Positions 26,494-40,200 of a stretch of DNA of 64,000 bases are shown piece after piece. Numbering within the stretch: the stretch's first letter is position 1; every line of letters begins with the position of its first letter. The notes under the pieces were generated by a model. It made no database searches and was not told the DNA's origin. It saw only the letters and a program-made list of their open reading frames with translations. Source of the DNA: Balanoglossus misakiensis (taxonomy: Eukaryota > Animalia > Hemichordata); NCBI GenBank assembly GCA_040954595.2, contig CM082579.2, positions 7,987,625-8,051,624 on the forward strand. Direction: 5' to 3'. The position numbers and the translations under genes are program-made.

Positions 26494-29400
26494 TGAAAAT
26501 GTTTCTTTCGGAGAACACGCTCTGCAATCTTGTGATGCTGTGTGAATTTTCAAACTCCTCACCGGGCCTGCAATTTTCCCCCCTTTTCTTGAAACGCCTG
26601 ACCCTTTATCTAACGACACTGTACCAATTACTGTAATTGCATACGTTTCATCCTGAATAATGCTCCCAAATTTCTCTCTGGTGTCCCGAAACATTAGGGA
26701 CTGTCATATCACTTCCCGTTCTCCGACTTCAACCTGGTGAGTAACCCGGGGCGACTTAAATCAAGCCCCTCCCCTGCAATTTCATCGTTAATATTTTGAC
26801 ATAAATACACTTTCCTTATAAAAGCCATCCCCGCAGGCTGTACACTACACCGTCAACATCCAATAACATTCTCATCATTGCGACTCAAGATAAACACAGT
26901 GTGACTGTTTCTCTCTTTCGGTGATGATCTAACATCATTCCCAGCATGCATTCTGTGTGTCCTTGACTTCCCCAGTAGACATGCAAGGATACATTACGCC
27001 GTAAACAAAAGAAGGCATTTCGCAAATGTCAGAGGTGTACAAAAAATATACCTGGGGACGTGGATGATTGCAAAATTGATTGAATAACGAATGTGACAAC
27101 TTATGCCTGATTAGCCTCACAACATGGCACTGCTATTTTAAGTTAACCATGTATATTTTATCGGTCTTGGCTATGTAAAGGTTAGTGTGGGGAACTCGCC
27201 CAATTAGATTTGAGGTTTCTTCGATGTGACAGTCCAAATTTTTCAGCAGCGATAGAAATAAATAATGAAATGACAAAATGGCCAGGATATTTGTCTATCT
27301 GGAGAACTGCATCCTGGGCCCTGGCATCAGGTCAAGCGCCTGATAGATGCAAATAAGGACAGCACCGTAACTGCCTTCAGAGCTGAATTAATCAGATGTA
27401 AACAGCACAGAGTTTCAGATCGCAATCAAATCATGTCACCAGAAGTCACCTGCGTTAAGGCAACTGAACTAAATAGGATAAAAGTAGTTTATATGTAAAA
27501 TATGAGTCTATTTTCACAAACGGAATAAGTTCCGAAATCCTTGTGGAGTTGAAATTCTGTCCGCAGGCATTTTTTTCTGAAACTGTTTTAGAATTCTTTC
27601 ATTCAAAAATATCCTGAATACATCTAAGGAACAACATTCATACACAGAATTGTCACCTGATATATATTTACGTTATGATCTGCTATTTATCATCCTGGTG
27701 GATTTCATAATATTTCATCCTCTTGGATGAAATTTCAGGAGTGAAAATTTCATTAGAGTGTAACGAGATTTTCTCCGGGTTTTCACTGGAATGTTTACAT
27801 TGCTCATTTTGTGAACATCTGAGCTGCAGGCAATGTTAGCCTTGCTCCTTTTTTCTCTTTTCTCAGTTGCATCACCAGTTAGCGAGGTTCGCAGAATCGA
27901 TGCAACTTCAATTCTATGTTTTACTCGTATCAACGACAACCCCGTCTGATTTGCTTTTCTGCGCGGACTTACTAACTGAGGGGGAATCCACAAAAAGGAT
28001 GAGAGTAGGATTGCACAAACTTTGAATGATAAATGATCAGAAAAAAAAAACCCCGCTTGGAATGATAAGAGTTTTTGTGACTGCAAATTAGGAAAGTGCT
28101 TCGGTTACATTAGACTCGCACAGTGCCACAGAGAGCTGATAAAATGACAGCAAATGAATATTAATGAGTCCCAACATCAATTTATGCGTCACAAAAAGCA
28201 AGTCATTTGCATATCAAGTCATCTTTTCTTTTATCTGGGGAAATATTTCAGAGGGATATGCTTGTCCAGGGTATTTTCCCATCTTTCCTGATGCCATAGG
28301 CCTACAATAGCAACAATTCATTGCAACCTTGTTCGAGATTAACCTTAAAGGGGCAAGGTCTATATTTTGCTATTTCTGCTATTTGTTTGTTTTGATTGAG
28401 ACCAGCTTTTTAAACTAGGAGAAATACGGTATATAGGTACATACTTCCATGAGAGCTTTTTTGGTACGTACCAAAAATGTTATGTCTACGATTTTACATG
28501 CTAAATCTCATTGAGAGTGATGGCTTTGCATGAATTTAAAAGAAGAACAAATCAATGGTGAAATGACTTCTCTATTAAAAGAACTGACTTTCTGCTTTGT
28601 GACTGCCATGGATTCCATGATACATGCGTGTTAATATTTTGAGAGTTTTTGAGAAGAAATGATGTTATAGATGTGGATTCTGCATACTGCTACTATGAGA
28701 CATGCAGACAGTGATGTTAACAGAGAATGATACATATGTACATGTAAACACACAGTACACTCCCACGAATGCACACACACACACTCACAGAAACACCACA
28801 CACTGGCTCAGGTGTTAGTTTCAACACGCTTCCATGGCAACCAGCACTTATTTTCACCACTGCCCAAGTTCCTCTCCGTGCTGGAGGGCAACTTGCAATT
28901 CGAGAATCCGAACTGGTGTGTGCTGGGAATCTGATTAGCTGTGGTTTAATACAGCAGGTAAAGAATACGCTTGTGGCGTGTATACTGTAAAACACTTTTT
29001 ATTATTTTTCGTGAGTTGAAATTTTTGCGATATCGAGAGAGGCCACTGTTTCGCAAGTATTAATTTTCGCATTCTCTTATTTCATTCACTGCATCGTTAT
29101 CTTAAAAAAAAATTACGCGATTTTTTATTTTCACGCCATTTTGGCTCTCGCATATTTCGCGAAATTTTCTTGCTCGCGAAAATTAAGTGTTTTACAGTAT
29201 GTTTTAAATGCAGAGAAATCTCACTCACCTATGAAGTAAGCCACCACCGAAGCCAGAACCAGCGTCACCAAGATGAAGACCACCGCCAGGCACTTCCAGT
29301 GGCGCGTGCCGCACATCTTCTGCGGCTTCACCTTCTTCTTCTGCCGCTTGGTCGGCTGTATCTTGGTCGGCTGCCGGAAGTCGTTGTGCAGCGCCCGGGT

Positions 29401-32400
29401 GAAGGGTGGCAGCGGCGTGGTGGCGGCCGTGGTGGAGGCTGCGCTGCTGCTGCACGGCAGGTTGCCCCCTGGGTACTCCCCGCAGTGGTATCTGCCGAGA
29501 AACGGTACGAGTGGATGGCTGAAGAAGGGTCAGCACAAAAGCAGAGGGGGTTGGCGGGGGATGGGGGTGGGGCGGGGGGAGGTCAGACGTTAGGAACTCG
29601 TCAAAAATATCTCAGGTGCGTTCTTGGTTGAAATTTCTGACGTTTTGTTCAGTATCAAAGAGATGCTCTGACCATGACTGCACACGCCATATTTTAATAC
29701 TAACTCTAAATTTCACCAGATAACACAAAACATGACTTCATTTTTTTTAATCCAGATATAAACGAAAAATATCAAGTGCATGGGAACGATGCCTGCTTTG
29801 AGGCATCCCTTCAGAGATGTGACCTGTTTTGAAAAAAAAAAAAATCTATGAAATCTACTCCTAACATCTCTCTGCTTCCATCCATAATTCTTGACTGCAC
29901 TTAGTGGCAATTAGCTTGTGGGGAAGCAATCCCGTAATTCCATAATATGCTGAAGGCATTCTCTATGAGCCTGGAATGGGGAGGGAAAGCTTACAAGGGC
30001 TACATAGTAATGAATGCCGCTCGGAAAAAAAAAAACTTTCCGATCAGCTTTATTATTACACAGGGGCCCTTTTGATCCTCTGATCACTGCATTTTAGATT
30101 ACTGATGCTGAATCTAATCAGTAGACATGAAAAATGACAGACATAATGAGAAATTAATTTCTTTTGTTCGAGGGGAAACACAGCCGCATGTATTTGCTCT
30201 GAGAGTGGGGTTGCCTGAGTTAAAACAAAGAGCCATTTTCCTCCTTCGAAATTCTGGTCTGATTTCCGATGCAGATTTTATCAGGACTCGAGTATTATCT
30301 GAGTAAACACTGGAGACCTTTGTTTCATTTTGTGAATTCAGGGGAGCATTTTTTTAAGGCGAGGGAAAGAAAGAAAGACCCACTTTCCATAACTATTAGT
30401 TAGTGTGTTCAGCAAAGAACCACAAAAGAGCTGGTCGAATCATTCCCTAGGACTGCAGAAAATACATCGAAACACAACTAAAATTAACTTCTTGATTTAT
30501 TTCTCCAATGTTTTTTGTGCTATTTACCCAAAACAAATATGGTTTTAGTAGGCATGATTACAATATTATTGATTTTTTCAAAAAGTCAAACAAACTGATT
30601 ATTCACCAAATGCTCATCAGGTACTTTCCATCATTGACATTTTTAATAAAAAGCTCAATGCACTGAGCACACATTGTACTTGTATATACACTTTGGTAAA
30701 TTTAAATGTGACGCGAGTATCCTTGGATAATTGAACCCCGAGACATCGTAATACCCTCTTTGGCTGTGTCAATTTGTAGCGCAGACAGAACGGACATATA
30801 CATATGCAATATGTGCATGTACGGGGACCCTGTTATGAGCCTTAACTGACGAATTAGGGATGAAAAGGCCATCTAAGTATACAAAGTCAAGCCAGGGCCA
30901 CCTGACACACCCCAGCCATGTGTACATTGAAAATCAAAAAGCATACTTGTCGCAATTTTAAACGGCCATAAAATCAAACAGCATAAATGAACGAGCGACG
31001 TGGACACTTGCAAAATTCCCCCATTAGCAGTGAAAAGGGCGCATTTGGCTAAAGAGCAGGCCGTGTGTAATTTTCTCTAAAAGCCAGAAATTATAGTGTA
31101 TGACTTTGACGAGGAGTGTCTGAATGTCAGCTTAGCACTTGCTATGACAGATATGAATGGAGGAGTCTGCATTAAGAATCTATGCGCTATTAGTGGATTA
31201 AAACTCGTTCCGAATTCTACCACCGGGGGATGGCTGGGTCTGCTGTCTTTCGCCCGAAACGCCGGCGATGACATCATATATCACTGACGCGACAGAGTAC
31301 AGACACCGCACTGCACGCACCGAGTTTCAACAAAAACAAGGTGGGCTAAACTCAGCTTTGAAAGCTCGATTCACCCCTCGAAAACAGTACAATGCGAATC
31401 CTCAAAACAGTACAATCTACAGGAATGTCGACTTTCTGTGTCCAAATACTTACGCAGGAATTTTATTTTATTGGAAGTTCAGAGGTCACCCGGGCCAATG
31501 AAAACAACTTAATTAGACTTTTGACCGAGCAATCTTGTACTTCAAATGAGTTCTGGCCGAGTCAACGTGGGATTGGCCGACGGTCTATATAGATGTAAAA
31601 CGAAGGCCACTTAATACAGGCCACTTTGGATACAAATATGTAAAGATTCAGTGTAGCAGAAAACTAGTCATAAAAAGCCCAAATAATGGCCATTGTGCGC
31701 TCAAAACACACCTACAATAACAACACTGTACAGCTTATCTGTATTTACCACTGTTAAAAAAACTAGCGGTTCGGCTCGAACCGCAGCCAAATTAATTTTT
31801 GTCGTTTTTTTAAAAACCGAAATTGCTTTTTGATACGTACTCCTGCTAGGGATGTCACATTTCATTACATTGAAGGTGATTCCAGGTTATCACGCAGCGG
31901 CTGCATTCAATAATGCACATCGGAACTGAAGACACATAGTCTCACAGGAGACTAGCCTTTTTTCTCGTAAGATGATGAACTGTACGGGAAGTTTTAATGT
32001 CTGACACTGGCACAACAAAGGCAGTCGCCACGGTTTTATATCTGTCGGCCGCCTCAATCAATTTCTATTCAGCCCTGTCATAAGAAGACCCCTTTCCCCC
32101 CGGCGGTAAAATAAAATTATGCCATCTAATGCTAGGATGTTGCGAGCACTAACGATTTGATATTGAATTATTCTTTATCCTGTAACAGTGAGTACAGAAG
32201 GCAGTCTGATTTGATAGTAGCTTTTCCATTTATTACCCTCATAACGAAGTCACATAAATTTAATAGAGATTCTCTAACATAGACATACGCCATGTGAGCT
32301 ATATATTCTAAGACTTTCATATCTGTCTTTTGGCTTCCAGTTTATTTCATCAAATGTACGTCACAGGACTGTTCCGGCAGATGCATCCCAGTTTGCTCTA

Positions 32401-35400
32401 CTTTCATATCAATAAGCAATTTTCGCTATCGGCTCGCATAACTTGACAGGAAACCTGATCCGCATTTCAGCGATACTACATATTTCGCCCGGGCTATCCC
32501 CTTTGAAAAAAAAAACTGGCCAGGAAGGAAAAGTCAAAAAATTTTCACCGGGTGAAATTTTTTTCTCTCAATAGAATGAAGTATAATTTGATTTGAAGTG
32601 ACGTATCTTACCTGTCTTCTCTCTGCATACTGGTGTGCGCTGCCGTTCCCTGTAACGACTGAATACTTTGGTACGGCCTTGGCTCACTTTGGGGCAATAC
32701 CATTGCACTGGGAGGGGTGGCCGACCTGGGCTGGATGGGCTCTCCCAGCACGGGCGCCGGCGGTGGTATGATGGGCGGCGTGGAGGAGATGACTTCGTTG
32801 ATCACCGAGGTGTTGTACAGCGAGGGGTTCCTCTCCGGGAGGGGAGGGGGCGGGGGGTCGAACCGCGGCAACGAGCTGGTGGCGCCCGACGACCGGCTGG
32901 AGTTCGTCGGCAAGGTGTTGGAGATTGCGGCCGGGGCTGGGGCCGGGGAGTTGATGGTCTTGCCCGAGCTGGGCAGAGTACCGGTGTTGTTGAACACGTC
33001 CTGATTGACCGTGGGTGCTGAAACACAAAACCAAAAAGAAAGAAAAGAAAAAAAATCACACGGCGTTTTCAGATTTCTTAGCACCCATCTGCAGATCTGA
33101 AATACCTAATTGTTTTCTACCTTATTGCTCTACTTTTCACCTCTGGCTTAAAGGCGATGTGTCAGAACGATTCCCGGACCGCTCTGCGGGACACTCGTTC
33201 AAAGCCCCACCACTTTGAAGTCTCGTTCGACATACATTACAGAAATTCAATTTCCTGGCAACAATCATCCACGGTTTACATGTGGTGGATTACCCAGTTT
33301 GACCACCACACAATGAAATATTCATGTCCTCAAAACGCGCACACATACATCACGTTTTACCAGTCCATTCTAAATAGACTTATAATAAAAAGTTTTGATT
33401 CCCCACAGTGCAGTTTGTGTGGTATTTCGTTTTCAGGGATTGGAAAAAATTTCATATGCGGAAAAAAAGTGGCTGGTTAGTATATATGAGGGAAGTCCAC
33501 AACAATCTCTTGTAAAACAGCCCACGGACGGACAGGCACCGAGACTGCATTTCTATCAGGGCATTAGTTGTGCATGGATCGCTCTCAATAATAATTACAT
33601 TTGTAAGAGTAACATGGACTGGTAACTCCCAGCAACTCCCCATCAATGGAAATCACAGCTGTGCCACTGCGGTGCAGACGGACGAGACTAACACACCAGC
33701 TTTATTCCCAATCCCGGACTTCATTCAACCGGCCAACCCCTCGGCTATCAATCCTTCTCACCATCCCCGCATATACATCATGTACATTGGCAAATAAACT
33801 CAGATCCCCCCCCCCTGCAAAAAAACGTCATCAGTCATTTTCTTTAGGTGGCTTTTATCGTGTCTTTCAGAGAAGACAAAAAAATTATAGGGGAGGGGGG
33901 GGGGGGGGCAGCAAAGGAATTTGTTGTGCCTGCTATTAAACTTTTTTTTACAGTGTTTGCAAACAATTGATCACCGGCAGTGGTTGCGGATATCATTTAC
34001 CCAGGGCTTAGGCGCAGTTTGTGAGGATTACCTGTATGTACAATGTATCGATTGACTAGCTTAATCTGGGACCGACTTCCTTCATCCCCGAGACGTCATT
34101 AAGGGGCACGTTACTGTTTTTTCAACTCCGCTGATAACTGACAATGGGTGTTCTATAACTTCATTAGTTCCTGCTTTGTTCCAGCTCCGAACGCAGAAAA
34201 CCGTAAGGTCACCTCAGAGCCTGGTGCTATGATAATGGAACCGACTACCGTGCAATAATTGCAGCCACCGTTTGCTGACCATTGCATTCTACATATCAGA
34301 GCACATGAACAACCTACTCACAAATCAAAATACATTTTGCTCCTCTCTTAATTTACAGAAACCCTGACATGCCTTACCAAGTTTTGAACAATATGAAGAT
34401 CAAGTCTCCAAATGCTTACGATCACACAAGAAAAGGATGAGTTTTTTAAATGCACGAAACACAGAAAGCTATGAACGCCTTATCAAGTGGTTCAATCTGA
34501 TCCAACCTTCTGGTTGCCATGGTGACCAAAATTTGATACAACTCTAATCTTTCTGGTTGGCGGCTAAACACAAGAGTGTCGCAGATGCAGATTTTTTTCT
34601 GTTTGTTTCTCAAAGCACCGAGTGTATCAACAACTCGACAAAGGAAGGATCAATCTGTATGTCAAGTCTTGCACTCCCCGGAATAATTGATGACATACCA
34701 ATGGAACACAAAAGAGCAGATTTTGATCTCCGGCGTCTTAGAGGCACCTCCCATGGATAACAATTACCACCGATGCATTTGTTGAATCTGTGATCTGTAC
34801 ACACTAATTACTATCGTTTGTAGACAAGTTTTATCTTCAGAGAGCAACCCATGCCTGTGTACCTCACATATTTTGCCATTTAGTAAAATTTCAATCGAAA
34901 GTTGACCTTCCATTCCACTGAAACAAAGGGTTTATGTTGGCGGTCCTACAAAAATACTGTAAAACGGGTTATTTTCGCGACAGGAAGTTTTCACGATTTC
35001 AAAAGTGGCAACTGTTACATGGGGATAAGTTTTCTTGTTTTTATATTTCACTAACTGCATCGTTATCTCCGGAAAACATTTTACGCGACTTTTTATTTTC
35101 ACGTTTTTTTTTGCTCTCGTGTATTTCGTGAAAATTTATTGCTCACGAAAATAACCCGTAACAGTAACTCTGTCTCTTTGCTTCCCACAGGGTGGAGTCT
35201 GCTTCGATTAGCTCTAGGTACGTCCAATCATTCTGTCACTTTTAACCTGAAGAAATTGCATTTTCGTATCATATTCTGCTTATAAATGTAACATTAGAAC
35301 AAAGTTAAATTTGTATTTATGACCGCATCACTCACAGGGCAGTTGCAGATAATTGCCTGATATATAAATCTCATGAAATCAATTGTAATAAAAGTGAAAC

Positions 35401-37098
35401 AGCTCCGCAGCTGGGTTCTCGATCTGATCTCTGTTCTTTTTTTGTTCTTCTGCAAGTTGCGAGTGCATGTACATAGCAACGGTGAAAGTGAACCTACATC
35501 ATCAGCAAAAGACAACAACACTGAATTTACGCTAGCCGTGTCACGAATCCCCCACAAAACATGAAGAAATGAAGAAATGAAGGGGAAAGAAAAAAAGCAC
35601 TTAATGTGGAAAAAGCCAGGAGTTGTGTGCGGTGATGCGCAAGAGAACAGACTCCCAGTTTCAGTGCAGCTTACCTGGTGTGGAGCCGGGCACATAGAAA
35701 TTTCCCGAAGTGGTTTGCACTAAAAAGTTGGGTTGGAAATCGTCTTCGATTTGTGAGGCGCGACACGTGCCCGACCCAGAGCCCTTGGGCAGCAGTCGCC
35801 TCTCACTACCATTTAAACTGGGCCCTGTCATGCAAATCAAGTCAAACACTGTATTCATATGCTTCGGCACGCTGATAGTTGACCATTAGCATGCGAAATA
35901 GTATAATTACGCTATGTATGCATATATACCATGCATATCAATTCTAGGATTAATTCCTACGTAGTACATCAGACAATGATGGTGATAAGATTATATTATT
36001 TTTTTTATTTTTTTGGTTTTAAATTTATGTGATTTGAATGGATGATACATACAATGTGTGTACTTGGCATGACACGAACTGTGAGATATAGTTTGGCTCA
36101 GCCCAGTGGGGGGGGGGGGGGGTGTTAGGGGCCCTTTTACTGGGTAAGCAGAAAGTTGTATACGCTAGGGAGGGGCTCCAATGAGCTGAACAAAGACAAC
36201 TTTCACTGGAGCAGGAAGAAACTGGGGTTTTTTCTTTTTAAAAACTCTGATGCATGACAATACGGATGAGGGGGTGGGGAACGACCAGATAAGAATGAAA
36301 TTACAGAACAGTGTGTGATGGGATTTAATGGGTTGGAATGATGGTGAAGTGTGTATGAAACACTGCAACGTGACCATCACTACATCTATAGCAGACATTG
36401 ACTGCAAGATACAGCGTATCTTACGTTGGATCAAAAGTTGGAGGTAATGGCGTAGAAAAAATGCCCTTTTGAAATATGGCTTCCTCTTGTCGCTTGCTGA
36501 CTAAGTAATTCCGCGGACGATACAACTACATGTACAACTCGATGGATTTCCAAAATCCACGGATTACGGGGAAATTGAGAGCTATATGTTTGGGCTCGTC
36601 ACTTTCTGGACGCTGGATTGGCTGACAGACAGTTTACAGAATCTTGACAAAATGGATGGATGAAAGTCAGAGATAATTGTTTTGGTGCATGCTGAATCGA
36701 TAGAGGCCTCCCTGGGGCAAGCTTAGCAGGTCACAGTGCGTTATGTGCAGCCTACGAGCACTCACACCATATAGACTGCTGTCCCAACCGACCGTTAGGT
36801 CGACGTAAATGAGGTGACAATGTCCCAACGACCAGGTGTTTAATAGTCTCTTGGGACAATTCTGATACAGTGGATGGCTAAACTAAAGCACGGTCTAGAC
36901 AAAATTATATCAGTCGGTGCGAGGGTTTGCTGCCAATACATTTTGATTACAGAACTTTTGGTGAAAACTGCACTTTTAATATTCCCAGCCAGACTTTCAT
37001 TCATTTTGTCGCGAATCTAAATATTTTATATCCAGTGAACTCAAGCATAACATTAACAAAACCTTCCCCAAGTAAATGCATCACTCTCTGTGTCTGTA

Positions 37099-37133
<35 letters not shown>

Positions 37134-37216
37134 ATGTATGTATGTATGTATGTATGTATGTATGTATGTATGTGTGTATGTATGTATGTATGTATGTATG
37201 TATGTATGTATGTATG

Positions 37217-37250
<34 letters not shown>

Positions 37251-40200
37251 TGTACATGTACATGTATCCCTGGCCTACAACTGGTTTTGTTTTAGAAATT
37301 TCGCACATCACGATTTCTATTTGGAGTCAGAACAAGCATTCCTTCAATCAGATCAAATACATCAAAGGTTCAACGATTAATCTGGCTAATCCCCCCTGTC
37401 CTCAGTAACCCTAATACCCTGAGCAGCCCAAAAAAGAGGTTCTGAATGATAAGTCTGTGTATCTCCAAAGTAGATCGCCGTATCTTGCAAGTCGGCGGTG
37501 GCAACAGAAAAATGGGGTGGGGGGAGGGGGGTAGTACCTGTCTCCTGTTGGTCGCTCCCTTCTTGCTCTGTCTCCGTCAGAGTGAGGCTGCTTCTGCTGC
37601 TAGCCGTGCGCACAGAACTGGTGGCCGAGTGAGTGTCCCACGGTTTATTCTGAAAACAACAAAAATCCAAAATCGGAAACTTAACAGGCGAGTTACATGA
37701 AGATACAAAGCAGCAGATGTAAGCAGTGCTAAAAATAACACAACATCACACGGATTCAGGCTCACCCGGAATGTGATCGCGGAAGACGATGTGCGATTCA
37801 GGGCACACGTCCGGTAATTCAATCTCAATCCTAAATCTGAAACACAATTTTCAATTATTTTCCGCGCAGATTTATTTTTTCTTTTTGACTAACAGAATCA
37901 TGTGTGGTTAAACTACGACCGCCGAGAGATCTGCCCCACAAATCACGCTTGATGAACTTGATGCTAATCGACAGTTTACATTAAACTTGATTGTGGAATT
38001 CACTGATAATTGTATGGATTCAGGTCAGGTGTACGGCAACTCATGACAGGTTACCATGCCAACCAAGATGTGATGCAGACTATCTTTCCCAGGCAAAAAA
38101 AGTGCACCAACATGTAGTGCGGAATGTTTTATGATATAATTCTCGTTTGTCTGCAGACATTTATTTAGATTTCACATTAAGATTTTATACATCCTTTTTT
38201 TACTATTTTTTGTCTTTAATGATCTGTGTCATTGTGATCAAACGACTGCTTTATAGTCAAATAGCAAATGTCTTCTTATTTAATCTCTCTACAAAAAGCT
38301 GATCATTAAAGTACAAAAATACAAATATGCTGAATTATTACAATGTAATTTTTGTCTGTCTGTAGCCAAAAGAGGGAAAATAAGAGTGATGGAATTTCTC
38401 CGTTTTGTACTCTTCTCGGTCAAATGCAGTTGACTACTCTGTTTCACGAACTTCATACTGCTCTAACGAAAGGTTAGCTTCGAATAATAAAAAATTTATA
38501 GGGCGACCTGTAATTTCAGGTCATCAAAAATGAGTTTGTAATTTATAATGAGCAGCGGACATTAAAATTGTGGCACACTGCAGGGCTTTAAAAATGACAT
38601 CATTTGAATTCAATCAGTGCCTGATTGCTTTGATAGAGTTGAATGGATCAATATTTTAATTCTTCTACAAATGAAAAAAGCATCAAGGGCACTGTGTCAT
38701 GCAACTTGTCAAAATATACAAGAGTCAAAGTCGTATGGTGGACTGGGAATGGCTCTCTGAATGAAATTGAAGGAATTCTGTGATGATTCAGATAGCAGAG
38801 TGATTTTCTGCCAAGTCTGTCATTATGCTTCCAAAGGCTGATAACAAGCTGAAAACGTAATCAGTACGACACTGCCTTCGTAGAAGGTAATGCTTGGAAA
38901 TTTTATAGCAGACGAGTCAGTCGATCTATCTACGAAACTGAAAGCAAAGATCCATTTGATGTTACGAAATCTAAAATAGTGCGGGTCTTATCACAATACT
39001 TCAATGTGAGAAAAAAGGCACTTTCCCGATGCCTGGCCGACTCGCGATGGCTTTACAGTCGTGCAAGCTGCAATGAGCTTTGCGAGCAGCTGCCATCGTG
39101 CGGAAGAAACGAGAGGGAAGAAAACGTAAAGAAGAAAATGGCTTTCTTACCTTGAGATAATTATCAACCACTTGCAGTAACTGCTCTGAACTTATGCCTT
39201 CCCCGTCGCTCTCCACGTCTCCCTCGGACGCGTTGCTGAAAAAACTGCCCCTGTTCTCGTGGTAACCATAGCAATCTGTGTCTTCTGTGGGCGAAACATC
39301 CGTTAGTGTGCAATCCGTGGCTACGTGAGAGAGAGAGGTCCGGAGAAACCCGGGGGGAGAAACTCCAATGACTGCCAGGTTTGGAAAATGTGGGTTTGTA
39401 ATCACGATCGCAGACGGGGGATACGTCGATCGGCATGCAGCCAGCGCGCAATCGCCACTACACACACTGATTGAATCGACAATGCAGGTAATAAAAACGT
39501 CAGAAAAAAATGACTAATTCTGACCATTATGTCATTTTCCAAATGTTTCCTCCCAATACAGCTAAAGCTGCCACTTACGACGCACTTACATTTCATGCAG
39601 AACACAACGCTAAAGCTTACACACACACGGCGCAACGAACCAGACGACGGCTGGCGCACACAACGGGGTTGATGAGGATGCGGGAGATAAGCCAACAAAA
39701 AACGACAACACAAAATATCGAATCGATATCTAGACCATGGCACCTGAGATGGGATCAGTTATTAAGAACCAAAAAAAAAAAATACTGATCCATTATCGAA
39801 TGACGGCTTGGTATAGGAATGCCACCATGCGTCACTGTCACCCTGCGATGTCATAAAGTATTTACCGTGGTAGCCATTCATCATACGCGACTTGACACTC
39901 GGATCCCAAAGATACCGGTCTGATATTAGGAAGTCTGTATTCCAATCTCAGCGGACGACAAAAAAAAGCGATCTAATTATACCTCCCACGCTGGCGACAT
40001 TTCCTCGCAACACTCTCTGCCATCAACACAACAGGCAAAAAAAAATTCCCAAAAAAGTATTCCGGTTCCTTTTTTTCTCTCTTCTTCCTCTTCACAAAAC
40101 ACTGCCTATATAAGATAACAAAGCCTAGATTCTGCTCCAACTGATGGTAAACGAATGATTTGGACTAGTCCAATATAACCGTGCGGGGTAACCTGGGCTC

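Noticed and set aside
29545-29582. G-run cluster (possible G-quadruplex); other poly-G tracts near 6579, 33890, 36107 and 41097
   Set aside because: These are C-rich on the transcript strand, often next to acceptors as pyrimidine tracts, and homopolymers are common here.
36927-37408. ORFs with VCMY/HTYI repeats
   Set aside because: Translations of the microsatellite.
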